A stretch of DNA of 61,446 nt, the filler included, from Sphacelaria rigidula (lineage: Eukaryota), in NCBI GenBank assembly GCA_964200075.2. It is 6 parts of 6 records of this genome, joined end to end, with 100 filler letters (N's around TTAATTAATTAA, not from the genome) between each part and the next. Parts side by side here need not be neighbours in the genome. Positions count along the whole stretch, not along the records: positions 1 to 10,158 come from CAXNAA020007013.1; positions 10,259 to 20,416 come from CAXNAA020007014.1; 4 more parts are not named here. One strand, given 5' to 3'. The notes beneath the pieces are model-generated. The model saw nothing but the letters and a program-made list of their open reading frames with translations. It was not told the origin of the DNA and made no database searches. Positions 1 through 11,028 of the stretch are shown piece by piece (positions within the stretch are counted from its first letter, which is position 1; each line of letters opens with the position of its first letter). Both the position numbers and the translations under genes were made by a program.

Positions 1-699
1 GGAAGCACTGTTTCAGGCTTGAGCCTCATCTCGAAGTTAAACCTCAATTCGCGCAATTTGTTGTTTATTGTTCACCCTTATGTATTGTACCTCGGCAGTA
101 ATATCGATTCGCGTTTTTTAAAGGAATTCCCGGAGAGATTTTTTTCGCTGCGAATACCAGAAGCTCATGTAAACATTGGGCGATCCCGCTTGCACTTGCC
201 CGCTGTTTCGCACTCACGATGACTTCGGTAAACCTTGATGACCTTCATGTTGTGTCCTCGCTGTCGCCTACTGCAATGGGGCTTTGCTTGGCCAGGGGGC
301 AATACTGGCGGGAGCAGAGCTATGTGGTGGATTCTTTGTATCCAACTCCGTCTCCGCCATTCTCAGCCGCCTTATTGCGGGTGATGAGACTGCCGCCGTG
401 CTCAAGGAGAACCCAGGAGAGCTTAAAGTCCGTGCTTTCTGAACGGTTGTACATGGTGCCGACGGTGCCCCCGCTTTTTCCCTCCCCCGGGTCCTGCACG
501 CTTTCGGGGCGCGATTTCCTCCCACTCGACTCAATGTGAATAGCGGTTTGCTTGGGGTTATGTTGGCAATGCGAAGGTCGGTTTGTACGCTGCTCTTCGA
601 AGGATAGCACGGCGCATCGCGTGATGACTACACTTTACCCATTATATTCTTGTATATTGCACATGCTGGGCAAAATGTGGTCAGTAGATGCATTCCATG

Positions 700-890
700 C
701 ACCGGGATTGCTTTGCGTATATACCAACACATACTTGTATCCATCTCGGATATTATGGACTTTCATGTGGGATATGGATACCCATCTGAGATATGGGTAT
801 CCACCGGGAATAACCATCTTCTGCCATATCATCATGGGTATCTATCTATCTATCTGGGATACTCATTCATCGTGGATGTCCATTCTCCGG
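700..890. repeat. Degenerate (C)ATCTGGGATATCC-type low-complexity repeat element, copy 1
   Basis: Many degenerate ggatat/atatcc/catctggga motifs, followed by tagggttagg at ~911; same motif soup at 30086-30495 and 45290-46015. Confidence 0.5.
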
Positions 891-2806
891 GTTAAAATTG
901 GCTTCAGGACTAGGGTTAGGATTGTTGGGAATACAGATGTAGTGCAAGAACAGCTCTTGTGGGCTGTGTGGAGGATGGCTTGATCAGTATTTGTATGATT
1001 TAGTATGAGGTACGCCTATTCGAAACTCCCGGAAGAGCTACGATGTGCTCGGTCGTAATTAAACACCCCAAGGCACTTTAGCCACACTTGCCACAGCGAG
1101 GCTGCGCACAGGCCGTACTAGCCTTCTTCACTATCTCTATTACTACATTATGTCGCCGGCCGACCCTGGAGATTAGGTGATCGCCCAACCGAAAGGGCAC
1201 TTACAACGAACAAGGAGGCATTTGACCACAAGAACTGAAACAGTTCAACCGAATCTAAGCAGCAGTCCCGAACAATACCCAATCATACAACGGCGTCGCA
1301 GCTCAAGTGGTGGAAGCGCACGGGAAAGTTGGTGAGGCTGAGTTTGGTGATCGACGTACTGTAGCGCGTATCTCGCACTTCTTGCCAAGTACTGACTTGT
1401 AGGTGAAACACGCATGAGGAAATGGCATGGCGAAATTCCCCTCACCAGGGGGACGGCACAACATCGACACGGTCCCTATCATGTGATTCAACGGCCACGC
1501 CGCATGTTTCTTGAACTATCTGAACTCGTCAGAAACACGCGTCAGTTGAAACACTGTCTGACTCCCATTTCGAGTCGCTAGAAGTTGCGATCCTTTGTGA
1601 TCAGCGAAGAGATCTTCCCGCTACTTTCGACTATGTCGCATCGCAAGCTTTGTCATTATATGCTTTTCAACTCCGGAGTAAGGCGCGGGCAGGCAATCGA
1701 CCGAGCGGAGGGCCAGACAGGGAGAGAGCACTAAACACCATCACGCATAAGAGCGGGTGTCGTGGTCACCACACCAACGGTCCTACACGCGGACACGGAA
1801 GAGGCCACAACGCTACTTCAGGAGAAGTTCGTATCCTTCTGAAGCATCGAACGTCAACGTGACTAGTGGTCGAACGGGAAACTCTTCTGCTTCCAGCCAT
1901 GGAAGACTTCAGCACATTTAGAGCGGCGTGCTAAAGGCTTAATTACTTGCTCGGCGCACGGGTCTATGTTTGGGAAATGTCGTAAGACCTCTGCTGTTGT
2001 AATAATTCCCCGCTTGAAAAATGTATGATACTCTTCACGTAAAATGTAAAAACCCCACTTGTGCACTACCAAAAGGGGGGGGGGGGTTCAATCATGGAAA
2101 AATCGCTCATGCAAAATATCACGTCATCGCCTCATTCCTTGGCCACGCGATGAGGCGTGTGCTCCCTAGCAGATATATATATATATATATATAAATATAT
2201 TGATTGCAGCCATCATATCGGGTATACCTTGAATAACAGAACTGTATATCTTACTTGCCTTTCCCCTATTATGTGTCATGATCCAATGACAATATCCACT
2301 TCCCTTGCATCCAGGCATGTTTACATGTATCTGTTCTTGAGTGTGAGTATATTCGATGAACCCTCCTACTCACGGCTCAACTCTACTCAACTCTCAAGTC
2401 TCATATTCTCATACTCGATTAGCCCTCCCTAATAGACGTAATTTCACCTGAGTGTACGAGGATGTTCCCTCCCGAAAACGACAATATTTAATCCTATATT
2501 ACCAAGCAAAAAAAACGTCCCAGCCGTGTACAGACATACGGTAACGTCATCTACTTCGCGAACTGGAACTCCTTCCTTTAGTTCTCTTCCTCAATACTTC
2601 ATGACATATTCATGCTCTTCATCTATCCCGTCACGCTCTTCAGTACTGAAAAAGAATTTGAACTCAAAATTCAAATAATCACAAACCAAAATGTCAAAAT
2701 TCCCAGAGATATACTCGACAATGTAGGAAAATACATCAACCAAACGCAAAGTCGGAAACCCGCCAAGTTTCTCGATATTCACTACGGCAATTTTTGTTAC
2801 ACTCGA

Positions 2807-3065
2807 GACACTTCCTACGATAGCCCCCCGGTAAAAAGTGCATGGTTTTGGGAGGCAAAATCTTCACGTAAATCGAAATGGGAAAAGTCGAGCACAACGA
2901 GAAGCTGGGAGATCCCACACGCTTGGGTTCGTTCTAGCCAATGTCGCCAATAATAGGCGCTTCATGCAGCCTGAACCCAAACATCAGGCGCTGTACGTCC
3001 ATTTTTTCCGTGACATTTTTGAGCTGTTTTTTTTTGAGGGGGGGGAGGGTATCGTAGAAAGTGTC
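2807..3065. mobile_element. MITE family B (TIR GACACTTTCTACGATAG)
   Basis: Left end gacacttcctacgatagccccc, right end gggtatcgtagaaagtgtc; internal sequence aligns by eye to 42169-42417; no clean TSD at this copy. Confidence 0.8.
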
Positions 3066-5289
3066 CAACACTAAAAACGATGGAAAAACATTTTGTTCAC
3101 AACAAAAAATCAAATCCGGCCGTACCCGTCGAAGATGACAAAAATCGTTTCACTGCACAATTGAAAATCTTGCAACCATGGCCTCGTATCCCTACTTTTC
3201 CGAGGTGGATAAATGGCCCCGAAAACAAATCAAACCACCTCAAACCAAACCAGTGCACCAGCGTGCTGCAGACTACACATAATATTTACGACAATATTAT
3301 GGTGAAACTTGAAAGATTCCGTCGGGAACACTTTAGTGAGAAAATCTGCATGTTGATACTCCGATCTCACGTGAATAACCGAAACCTCATTCCTCCTAAC
3401 CAACTCTCTGATAAAATGATGCCGCACGTCGATATGCTTGGAGTTGGAGTTCGTGATTGGGTTGTTTGCCAATTGAATAGCTCCCTGATTATCCTCAAAC
3501 ACAGGGATGCATGGCATTCCCATCTGCGGCAACATGAAGCACCAAACCTGTCTCAGAAACAACACCTCCTCCAGAATGTCTGTCATGGCAACGTACTCTG
3601 CTTCCGTTGTGGACTGCGTCACACACTTCTGAGTCCTTGAAAATCAAGGCACACATCCACCTCCACACACCATTAGCCTTCCTGATACCGACCGCCTATC
3701 AGCTGCCTCACTTGCGTAGTCGGCATCTGCGAACATATGAAAGCTCAACCCCTGCATACTTCCTGTGCGAAAAGAAATCCCCGGCAAACTTGTTCGCCTA
3801 ACATACCCCAAAATACCAAGCGCAGCACGCCAATGAAGGTGTGTTGGCGAGGCAAAGTACCTCGCCACTGCACGTACTGCGTTAGATATGTCTGGCCTCG
3901 TTTACGTTGCCAGCCACATCAGTAACCCTATCAACTCCCGAAACGGAAATTCCGTTGCCTGCTCTTCTACACTGAACTCTTCAAGCTTTGCACCAACAGC
4001 AGCGATGGGAATACTCTTTCCCCACTCTACTCCGTATTCCTTCGCCAACTCCTCTGCGTATGTTTATTGTGATTTTCACAAGTCCCCCTTGCAATATCTC
4101 TCTCGTATAGTACAGTCCAGAATACCAACGGAAATTCGCGAGATCCTTGTCTGGAACCATCGTGTTGAGATCTTTACCAAACTCGTTACATCTGTCTTCC
4201 TTTCCCATCGCGCATATGTCATCTACATGTACTACTATGGTGACAATCACCCTGCCATCCTCAATCAACCAAAACACACATGAATCCGCCAAGCACTGAT
4301 CAAATCCCAAAACAAATAAACACTCCGCCAAGTGATGATGCCACTGCCTACTTGCCTGTTTCAATCCGTACAAACCTTTGTTGAGTCTCACTATTTTACC
4401 AGATAAGCTTCCACAACCAAGTGGCAACCGCACGAAAACGCCTCGTCCAACTTAGACTGTACAAAAGCCTGTCCAATATCAAAATGACGCAACGCAAGAT
4501 TTTGCTCACAAGCTAGAGTCGCCAACGAACGTACGCTAGAAACTGCTACGATGGGGGCATACAATTTTCCAAAATCTATGTTCTCTCTCTGCCTATCTCG
4601 TCTTGCTACTAGTCTCGACTTCATCTTCGTAGGCCATACAAACTCGTCCGCCTTTCAGGTATATACCCACTTTGCATGGGTATAGTTGTCCACAAGTTGC
4701 TTTTCCGCTGAGTCAGTCATCCCTGCCTCCAGAATTCCCCGCCATTCCCGCCCCATCGAGTCCCTCCATAGATCACCGTACTCCGAGCGCTTCGCCTGCA
4801 TGTATCCGTTGGAGACCTTGAGATCCTTTGCCGGACATTGTGGGAGTTCCGTCGGGATGTGCGGCGGGCGCTGCTCGCGGCATCTGTCTCTTCACGCGTC
4901 GCCAGCCTCGTCGCGAGTCACACCAGTATCCCTCCGCGCCCCCCTTTCTCATCATTCTTGATCTGTCGCCCGGCATCAACTACGCCGCGCGTGAGGAGAG
5001 CAGACAGCAAAGATTTCTTATCTAACTGCTGCAGGAGTCCCTAGCCGTGTTGCAAGAGTGCGGCCTTGTTGGTCTTGTATTGCGTCGACCCCGACCGCGC
5101 ACGCCCTGGCTACCGGGGGTCTGTTTCCAGATCCAGCTCCTTCCTCACTTTTATTGGGAGCGGCGAGAAAGAATGGTCTATCACTTCAGACGCGGATGAT
5201 GCATCGCGCGACACAGTCGAGGAAGATGCTGATGGGATCGGGGATGGAATCGGGGCCGAAGAGCCGGAGAAGACCGGCGGGCATGTCTG

Positions 5290-5455
5290 CGGTGCTTGAT
5301 GCATCGGCGGAGTCGGCGAGCGCGGCGGCGTTTGCTGCATCGGCGGAAAGGTCGGTCGCGGCGACGGCAGCATCGGCTGAGTCGGCGGAGTCCGCGGGCG
5401 CGGCGGCGTTTGCTGCATCGGTGGAAAAGTCGGTTGAGGCGGCGGCAGCGGCTCG
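5290..5455 (-). repeat. ~78-bp tandem duplication inside copia pol (PTFPPMQQTPPR)
   Basis: gcggcggcgtttgctgcatcgg at 5322 and 5400, plus a partial third unit. Confidence 0.75.
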
Positions 5456-6725
5456 AATTCCCCTGTGTGATATGTCGGCGGGAGCAGCGGTGTGATTGAT
5501 GGCTGCTTCTGCTGCGGTACGGTGACAACGGCGGCGGTACTGCCATGAACCTCGTTCCCCCTGACGAGCGGCATACCGTGGTGCTGCTCTGCTGGCGGCG
5601 CGGCGGCGGCGGCGACGGTACTGGAATGGGCCTCCTCCCCCCCGACGAGCGGCGTTGCCGACGACTGTAGTGGCACACGTGGTACCGTCCAGACAACGTT
5701 GTTCGTATAGCAGACTGCATCGGAAGCAGCCTTCAGGAACTTCATCGTCGATGAAGAATGATTACTGCCATTATTGAGGTAATGGAAGGCCATGGACTGA
5801 ACGCACATCTTTCCTCGGCGGTTTACCCGCATCATGCCGGGTTGCAGAAACGGCACAATCTGTAGCGGCGTGCGCTTGCCTGTGAACACTTTATAAAGCG
5901 ACAGTCTTCCCGGGTTTGCCGTAGTGGCGGAGCGATTGAACCGGTCCGCTGCCCACACCGCGACCTGCAGCCATAGACGCTCCATGTTCACCCCCAGGTG
6001 AGGTATGGCGCCGAAGCGGCACTCCGGGAACAGACGTCGCGCTTCAAGACGGGCTGCGTGGCCCCCCTTCATAATCCTTCAAATTGCATTTTCCACCACA
6101 GTGTTGTGCTTCGGAGTGTCGGGGGCAGTGTACTCACGACGTATCGTTGCATCGCGCTGACGTCGGCGATGAAACGCTTCACCTTCGCTAGCGTGTTAGA
6201 CTTACGCGCGAGGCCATAAAACATCATGAAGCGCGACTTGCTGTCGACGCAACCCAGCACATGAGTTGATGCACCCAGAGTACGAGGGTGTGGGCCTGTG
6301 AGGTCGAGATGCACGGTGCCAAGTACAGCCTTTGCCCTCGTGCCCAGTCCTCGCGGAATACCTGCCCTCTGTCCCTTCGCTTCCGAACATCCTGCACATG
6401 GCGCCAGTGCCCCCGTCAAAGTAATGCCCCGTTGTTTCGCAGTTTCCTGCAATAACGTCTTATGGATGTGGGGAAAGGAAGCGCGAGAACAAATCATGCC
6501 GACTTCTTGTTTCGGTTTTCCAACTGAAAATGGGCGAGAACTAGGGGCAAGAATAGCAAGGGCCACCCCGTTTTCAGCTACAACTCCCATTCCTTCACTC
6601 AGAAATCGCGGAAACAAATCTTGGTTGCTGATCACGTCAATTCCATCCATCAATGCTTCATCTTCGAACACGCTCAAGTCTGGGCAGTGGAGCCCTTGGA
6701 CTGCACGGAGGGAGCCAACACCGTT

Positions 6726-7125
6726 GGGGGGAGCAGGTACAACGCCTTCAGGTGAAGCGGACTGTAAGCCAACACTTGAATGCACCACGTTCGACGGTGG
6801 AACGGGCTGGAATCGAACGCTGGTGGGGGGAGCAGGTACAACGCCTTCAGGTGAAGCGGACTGTAAGCCAACACTTGAATGCACCACGTTCGCCGGTGGA
6901 ACGGACTGGAATCGAACGCTGGTGGGGGGAGCGGGTACAGCGCTTGCAGGTGAAGCGGACTGTGAGTCAACACTTGAATGCACCACGTTCGACGGTGGAA
7001 CGGACTGGAATCGAACGCTGGTGGGGGGAGCAGGTACAACGCCTTTATGTGAAGCGGACTGTAAGCCAACACTTGAATGCACCACGTTCGCCGGTGGAAC
7101 GGACTGGAATCGAGCGCTTGGGGGA
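6726..7125 (-). repeat. 4 x 99-bp in-frame tandem repeat (33 aa: SPEGVVPAPPTSVRFQSVPPSNVVHSSVGLQSA) between copia protease and integrase
   Basis: Unit marker gagc(a/g)ggtac at 6731, 6830, 6929, 7028. Confidence 0.95.
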
Positions 7126-10100
7126 GGAGAGGAATTTCTGCGGCTGGCACGGCAAGTGGGGGGTTCCGGTATGTTGGCGGTAATCAAATAGCTCTTTGTG
7201 ATGAAGACAGCTCACTGCGATCGAAGCGAAGCTGACCGTCAAACATATGTACGCCTGTTTCAGGCGAGAGCACATCCTGCTTTTTCTGCACTTGGTGCAG
7301 AGAAAAAAGGTTGAAATGTATGCCTTCAAGAACGTAAACATCAGTTAGCTGTACGCAAAACTGTGAGGACGCACCGACGGATTTCGGGGCGGTGGAATTT
7401 GCCATATGAAATTTGAGCTTCGAACTCCCTACTGCTCGGACAGGAAGAATTGTTTCGTTCCCCACGATCACGTGTCCATTTCCTTTCGGGGGGGGGGGCG
7501 TAGATCAAACATACCATTCATTGAACCAGTCGTATGGTGTGAAGCACCATTGTCCGCAATCCATTCCTCTGTACCATCACCCACATCAAACTCAGACCCA
7601 CTCTGGTTAAGCAAAGCAACCCCCAAATTAAGATCACCCAACTCAAAACGTGACTCGCCTTGTGAAATAGTATGTGCCATGCACAGGTGAAGCGGCGCCG
7701 AGGATATAGCTGAACCGGAGGAAGGCAGATCGGAATCAGGCTGGGCATGATGAGATGGTTGCTGCTGGTCTAGTTGATGGGGGTAATGCAGTTGAAGTTC
7801 ACCTTGCTGCGGTGGTGACTGGATCTGGTTGTTGGTGGTGGTTGCGGAGGATTGCGGGGAAACTGGATACCGTGCGCGTAACCTGCACCGCTGAAGTTGC
7901 TGCTATCTCCCAACACCCACCCGCCTTCTTCCGTCCCGTTCGAGTGTTTTTCGATGTGACTGCTTTCTTCTTACCCCGTTGATCACCGTACAGTTGCACG
8001 GTGTTGACCGATCCATAGGAATCGGTCCAGGGGGGGGGCTGGTGTCCTCCGTGACGAGGTTAACTGTGGGCAGGGCTCACATGACGTACCCCCGAATTGA
8101 CGTGCGGGCGTATCACTCTACGCCATGGGCAAAAAATATGCATGTGGCCCAATTCATCGCATATGATGCATCGTTTACGGGGTCTGCGTGGTGGATTGGG
8201 GGTTCGTTGCCTACAGGGCGGTATAAACCATCAGGATAACCTGAGTAATCATATCCACCTTGCGACGGATCATAATACGGCAGCTGGCTGCCTGGGCGAG
8301 CATCCCCGCCCCCGCGCCCCGAACCACCGTACCTGGAACTAAATCCTCGCCCTGCGCCCCGTCCTCCACACCTCGCTTGCTGCTGTTGCTAGAGGTGCTG
8401 CTGCTGTTGTGGTTGTTGGCGTTGTTGCTGCTGTTGTTGCTGCTAGATGTGCTGCTGCGATGATTGAGTGTGCATTCTACCGCGTCCGCTACACCCACGA
8501 CCTCCAAAACTGTCTGCACTATGGTATTGCTGCTGGCGAACACCATTCCACGCACCACGACCACCACGACTGTCTTGTGCGTACATGTTTCGTTGTGCAT
8601 TGCATTCAGAGTCGCATTGCTGGGTGGTGTTGTGGAAATGACAAAAAACATCATTCTCTTGACGACGTCTCTCACCACCTTGCTATCGCCCGTTTTGCAT
8701 TACGCCCCCGCCTCTGCCACCCCAGTGGCAGCGATGAGCGCGTGGCCCTGAATCCCGTCCTGATTCCTGCCTGCACTGCTCCTGGCTAGTTTCATCTCTC
8801 CATGCGCCGTCATCACCATGCGCTCAAGGGTGTCTGTCGTTACTTCATCCTGCGGAAGCAGGATGCCGCGTGGTATTTCAAAATTAGATGGCAGGCGGCA
8901 TATGTAGTGCCGGTTGGCATCTGAATCTGATATTAGGGCTCCAAGTCTCGCACAGTTGTACCTGATTAACTTTGGTCTACCAAGAAATATGTGGGGGCCC
9001 TCTCCCAAGTTAATATCTAGACTCTGCCATTCATGCTCCAACTGCGCCTTCTCAGTAGTTGGGGATACCGTGTAGCAGTCTACGATGTACCTCCATCCCT
9101 CGCTGGGGTTACCAAGTCTTACTAGTTGCTGAACGAGAGGAGCACGCATCACTTTTTCGACGAGTATATTCCATGCTTTCATGGCCTGCTCCACCAAGTC
9201 GTTTCCGAATCTCTCGATCAAATCCTGCGCTCTTTCAAAATGTACTCTATTGGGGAAAGTTGTGTCAAGAGCCTCTTCGCAGAGCTCCTGTTTAAAATAC
9301 GCTGTTATCTGCAGCTTGAACACCATGAATTTCTGTCTTACTTCCTCACCACTTTCGCTCGTACCATCCCCCGCTGCTATACTGTTATGGGACCGTACCC
9401 TTAACCCTTTTGTAACTCACAATGGAAAATTGATCATTTGCAATTGGCGGTTTTTGAGCAAGATATGGTTGATGGTTCACACCTTAGACGCAACAATTTT
9501 GGCCAAACGCGTATTTTTCAGACCCGTACGAGTGACAAGTGGAACAAGAGAAGGTTTTCTATTTTCTTGCTGCGATCCGTCGGCGTTTTTTTCTACACTC
9601 ATGAGTTCCTGCCCCGGCCACAGTGCGCGGCAGGCCTCTGTGAAGCATGCTTCCCGCCTGACCTGCACGCCCTGCCCACTGCATTTATACTCTTTGCAGT
9701 GTCATAGCAACAAGGGCAACGCCGATGGCACATTCGCTGAATTCATGAACTGGCGGTGTAATACAATCCCAGGCAGTCACCTTTCCGTGCCGACAGGGGT
9801 GCTGCGACACTGCCCTGTACAGTACTGGGTGTATTTACAGCAGTTTGGGGTAATCTCGACTGCAGACTCACGTCATGCACAACATCGCGCTCATCCACAT
9901 TCCGACAGCACCATCCCGCCCTTTGAAAAATGGGTAAAGGCGACGCAGACGCCATGTGCCCTGCAGTTATGCACCGTCACTGTGGTGTAGAGTCTGCCAC
10001 GTGCCGTCGCCCCAGGGGTGATACCTTACTGCTTCGTGTCATGTCTATATTGTATTTTGAAAATATCTCTAAAACGCGGGGCATGCACAGAACTGCGCTC

Positions 10101-10143
10101 TGCCAAGTACGTGCCGACAACATCATACTTCGGGCTGACTATT

Positions 10144-10158
10144 GACACTTTCTACGAT
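10144..10158 (+). mobile_element. MITE family B left TIR, truncated by contig end
   Basis: gacactttctacgat immediately before the N spacer. Confidence 0.7.
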
Positions 10159-10258
10159 NNNNNNNNNNNNNNNNNNNNNNNNNNNNNNNNNNNNNNNNNN
10201 NNTTAATTAATTAANNNNNNNNNNNNNNNNNNNNNNNNNNNNNNNNNNNNNNNNNNNN
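10159..10258. other. Artificial 100-bp contig spacer (N44-TTAATTAATTAA-N44); same at 20417-20516, 30675-30774, 40933-41032, 51190-51289
   Basis: Identical spacers with all-frame stop linker; flanking contigs are 10,157-10,158 bp each. Confidence 0.99.
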
Positions 10259-10318
10259 GTACTCATTTGTTGCTTACCTTAGTCGTTTGACCATTGACCA
10301 CGCATCCCTTCTGAGACA
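10259..10318 (+). repeat. Poly-G-anchored dispersed repeat (CGTACTCATTTGTTGCTTGCCTTAGTCG...); other copies 12801-12818, 20379-20416 (-), 30775-30871, 51111-51189, 61384-61446
   Basis: Near-identical sequence at six places on four contigs. Confidence 0.9.
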
Positions 10319-11028
10319 AAGCAGGGGGGTGTACTTATGATTTTGCATACCATAGTAGACGGGGCAGGGGGAGGGAGAGGGGGGGGCGGGGGCGAATAGC
10401 GTTTGAAATTTGGTTCATTTTCAAACGTGCTGGTGATGTGCTCCTTTCATACGTTTCACGGCAGAGATCAATCGGTTGGTTGATTGGTCCATTGATGGTC
10501 GCACATCCCATGATATGCCACGACACCAGCCGTGGTTAGCTACATGTTTACGTATCCGCGGTAAATGGACACCAAGAGATACCGAGGAAACTCGATAAAG
10601 GGGAAGGAGCGGGGAGGGCAGAGAACAAAAACAGTTGCATGAGAACGAGGAGGAGAAAAAGAAGGAGTCAAAGCGAAGCAAAGGACAAGAAAAAAAAAAA
10701 GTGCCATGCCAAGTTCTAGTACCGGAAAAGAAAAAAAAAAAAAAACAAGAAAAAAAAAAAAATCCAAAAAAAATTAAAATACACAAGAAAAAAAAAAAAA
10801 AAAAAAGGGGGGGGGGGGCAGTTGAGGTAAAATAAATAGTGCACTACACCGAATAAGACGGTGATGCACCTGGCCCATATGTTCCACACGCAGTATGGGG
10901 TGGAGGCACGCAGGATCACCTCATCCCGCCTCCCTCAAAAACACAGGGAGGATTTTGGCATACCGGCCGCCACTCAAACTGAGCGGGTGCAAAAACCTTC
11001 GAATACACACAAGCTCTCCGTTTCTCAC

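Larger units (their letters stand above)
3230..9410 (-). mobile_element. Degenerate Ty1/copia LTR retrotransposon internal region (gag-PR-INT-RT-RNaseH), frameshifted
   Basis: gag ORF 8700-9326; CCHC knuckle CIICDELGHMHIFC ~8126-8170; protease EEWIADNGASHH ~7530-7570; integrase HLDLTGP...VDSKSRF ~6150-6320; RT KSRLVAR...HFDIGQAFVQ and IVVHVDDI ~4200-4620; RNase H FADADYA/STTEAEYVA/FEDNQGAI/SKHIDVRHHFIRE 3230-3740; integrase precedes RT, which is copia order. Confidence 0.95.

Noticed and set aside
6726-7125. Regularly spaced repeats resembling a CRISPR array
   Set aside because: Whole 99-bp units repeat with no unique spacers; coding minisatellite in copia pol; no cas genes
2807-10158. Family B TIRs on both sides of the copia element suggesting a composite transposon or LTRs
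   Set aside because: 2807-3065 is a self-contained MITE and 10144 is another left end in the same orientation; independent insertions are the simpler explanation
10203-10214. Palindromic TTAATTAATTAA motif recurring every ~10.26 kb
   Set aside because: Artificial all-frame stop linker inside N spacers
10635-10835. Lys-rich / Phe-rich ORFs
   Set aside because: Translation of poly-A/poly-G low-complexity intron sequence, possibly low quality
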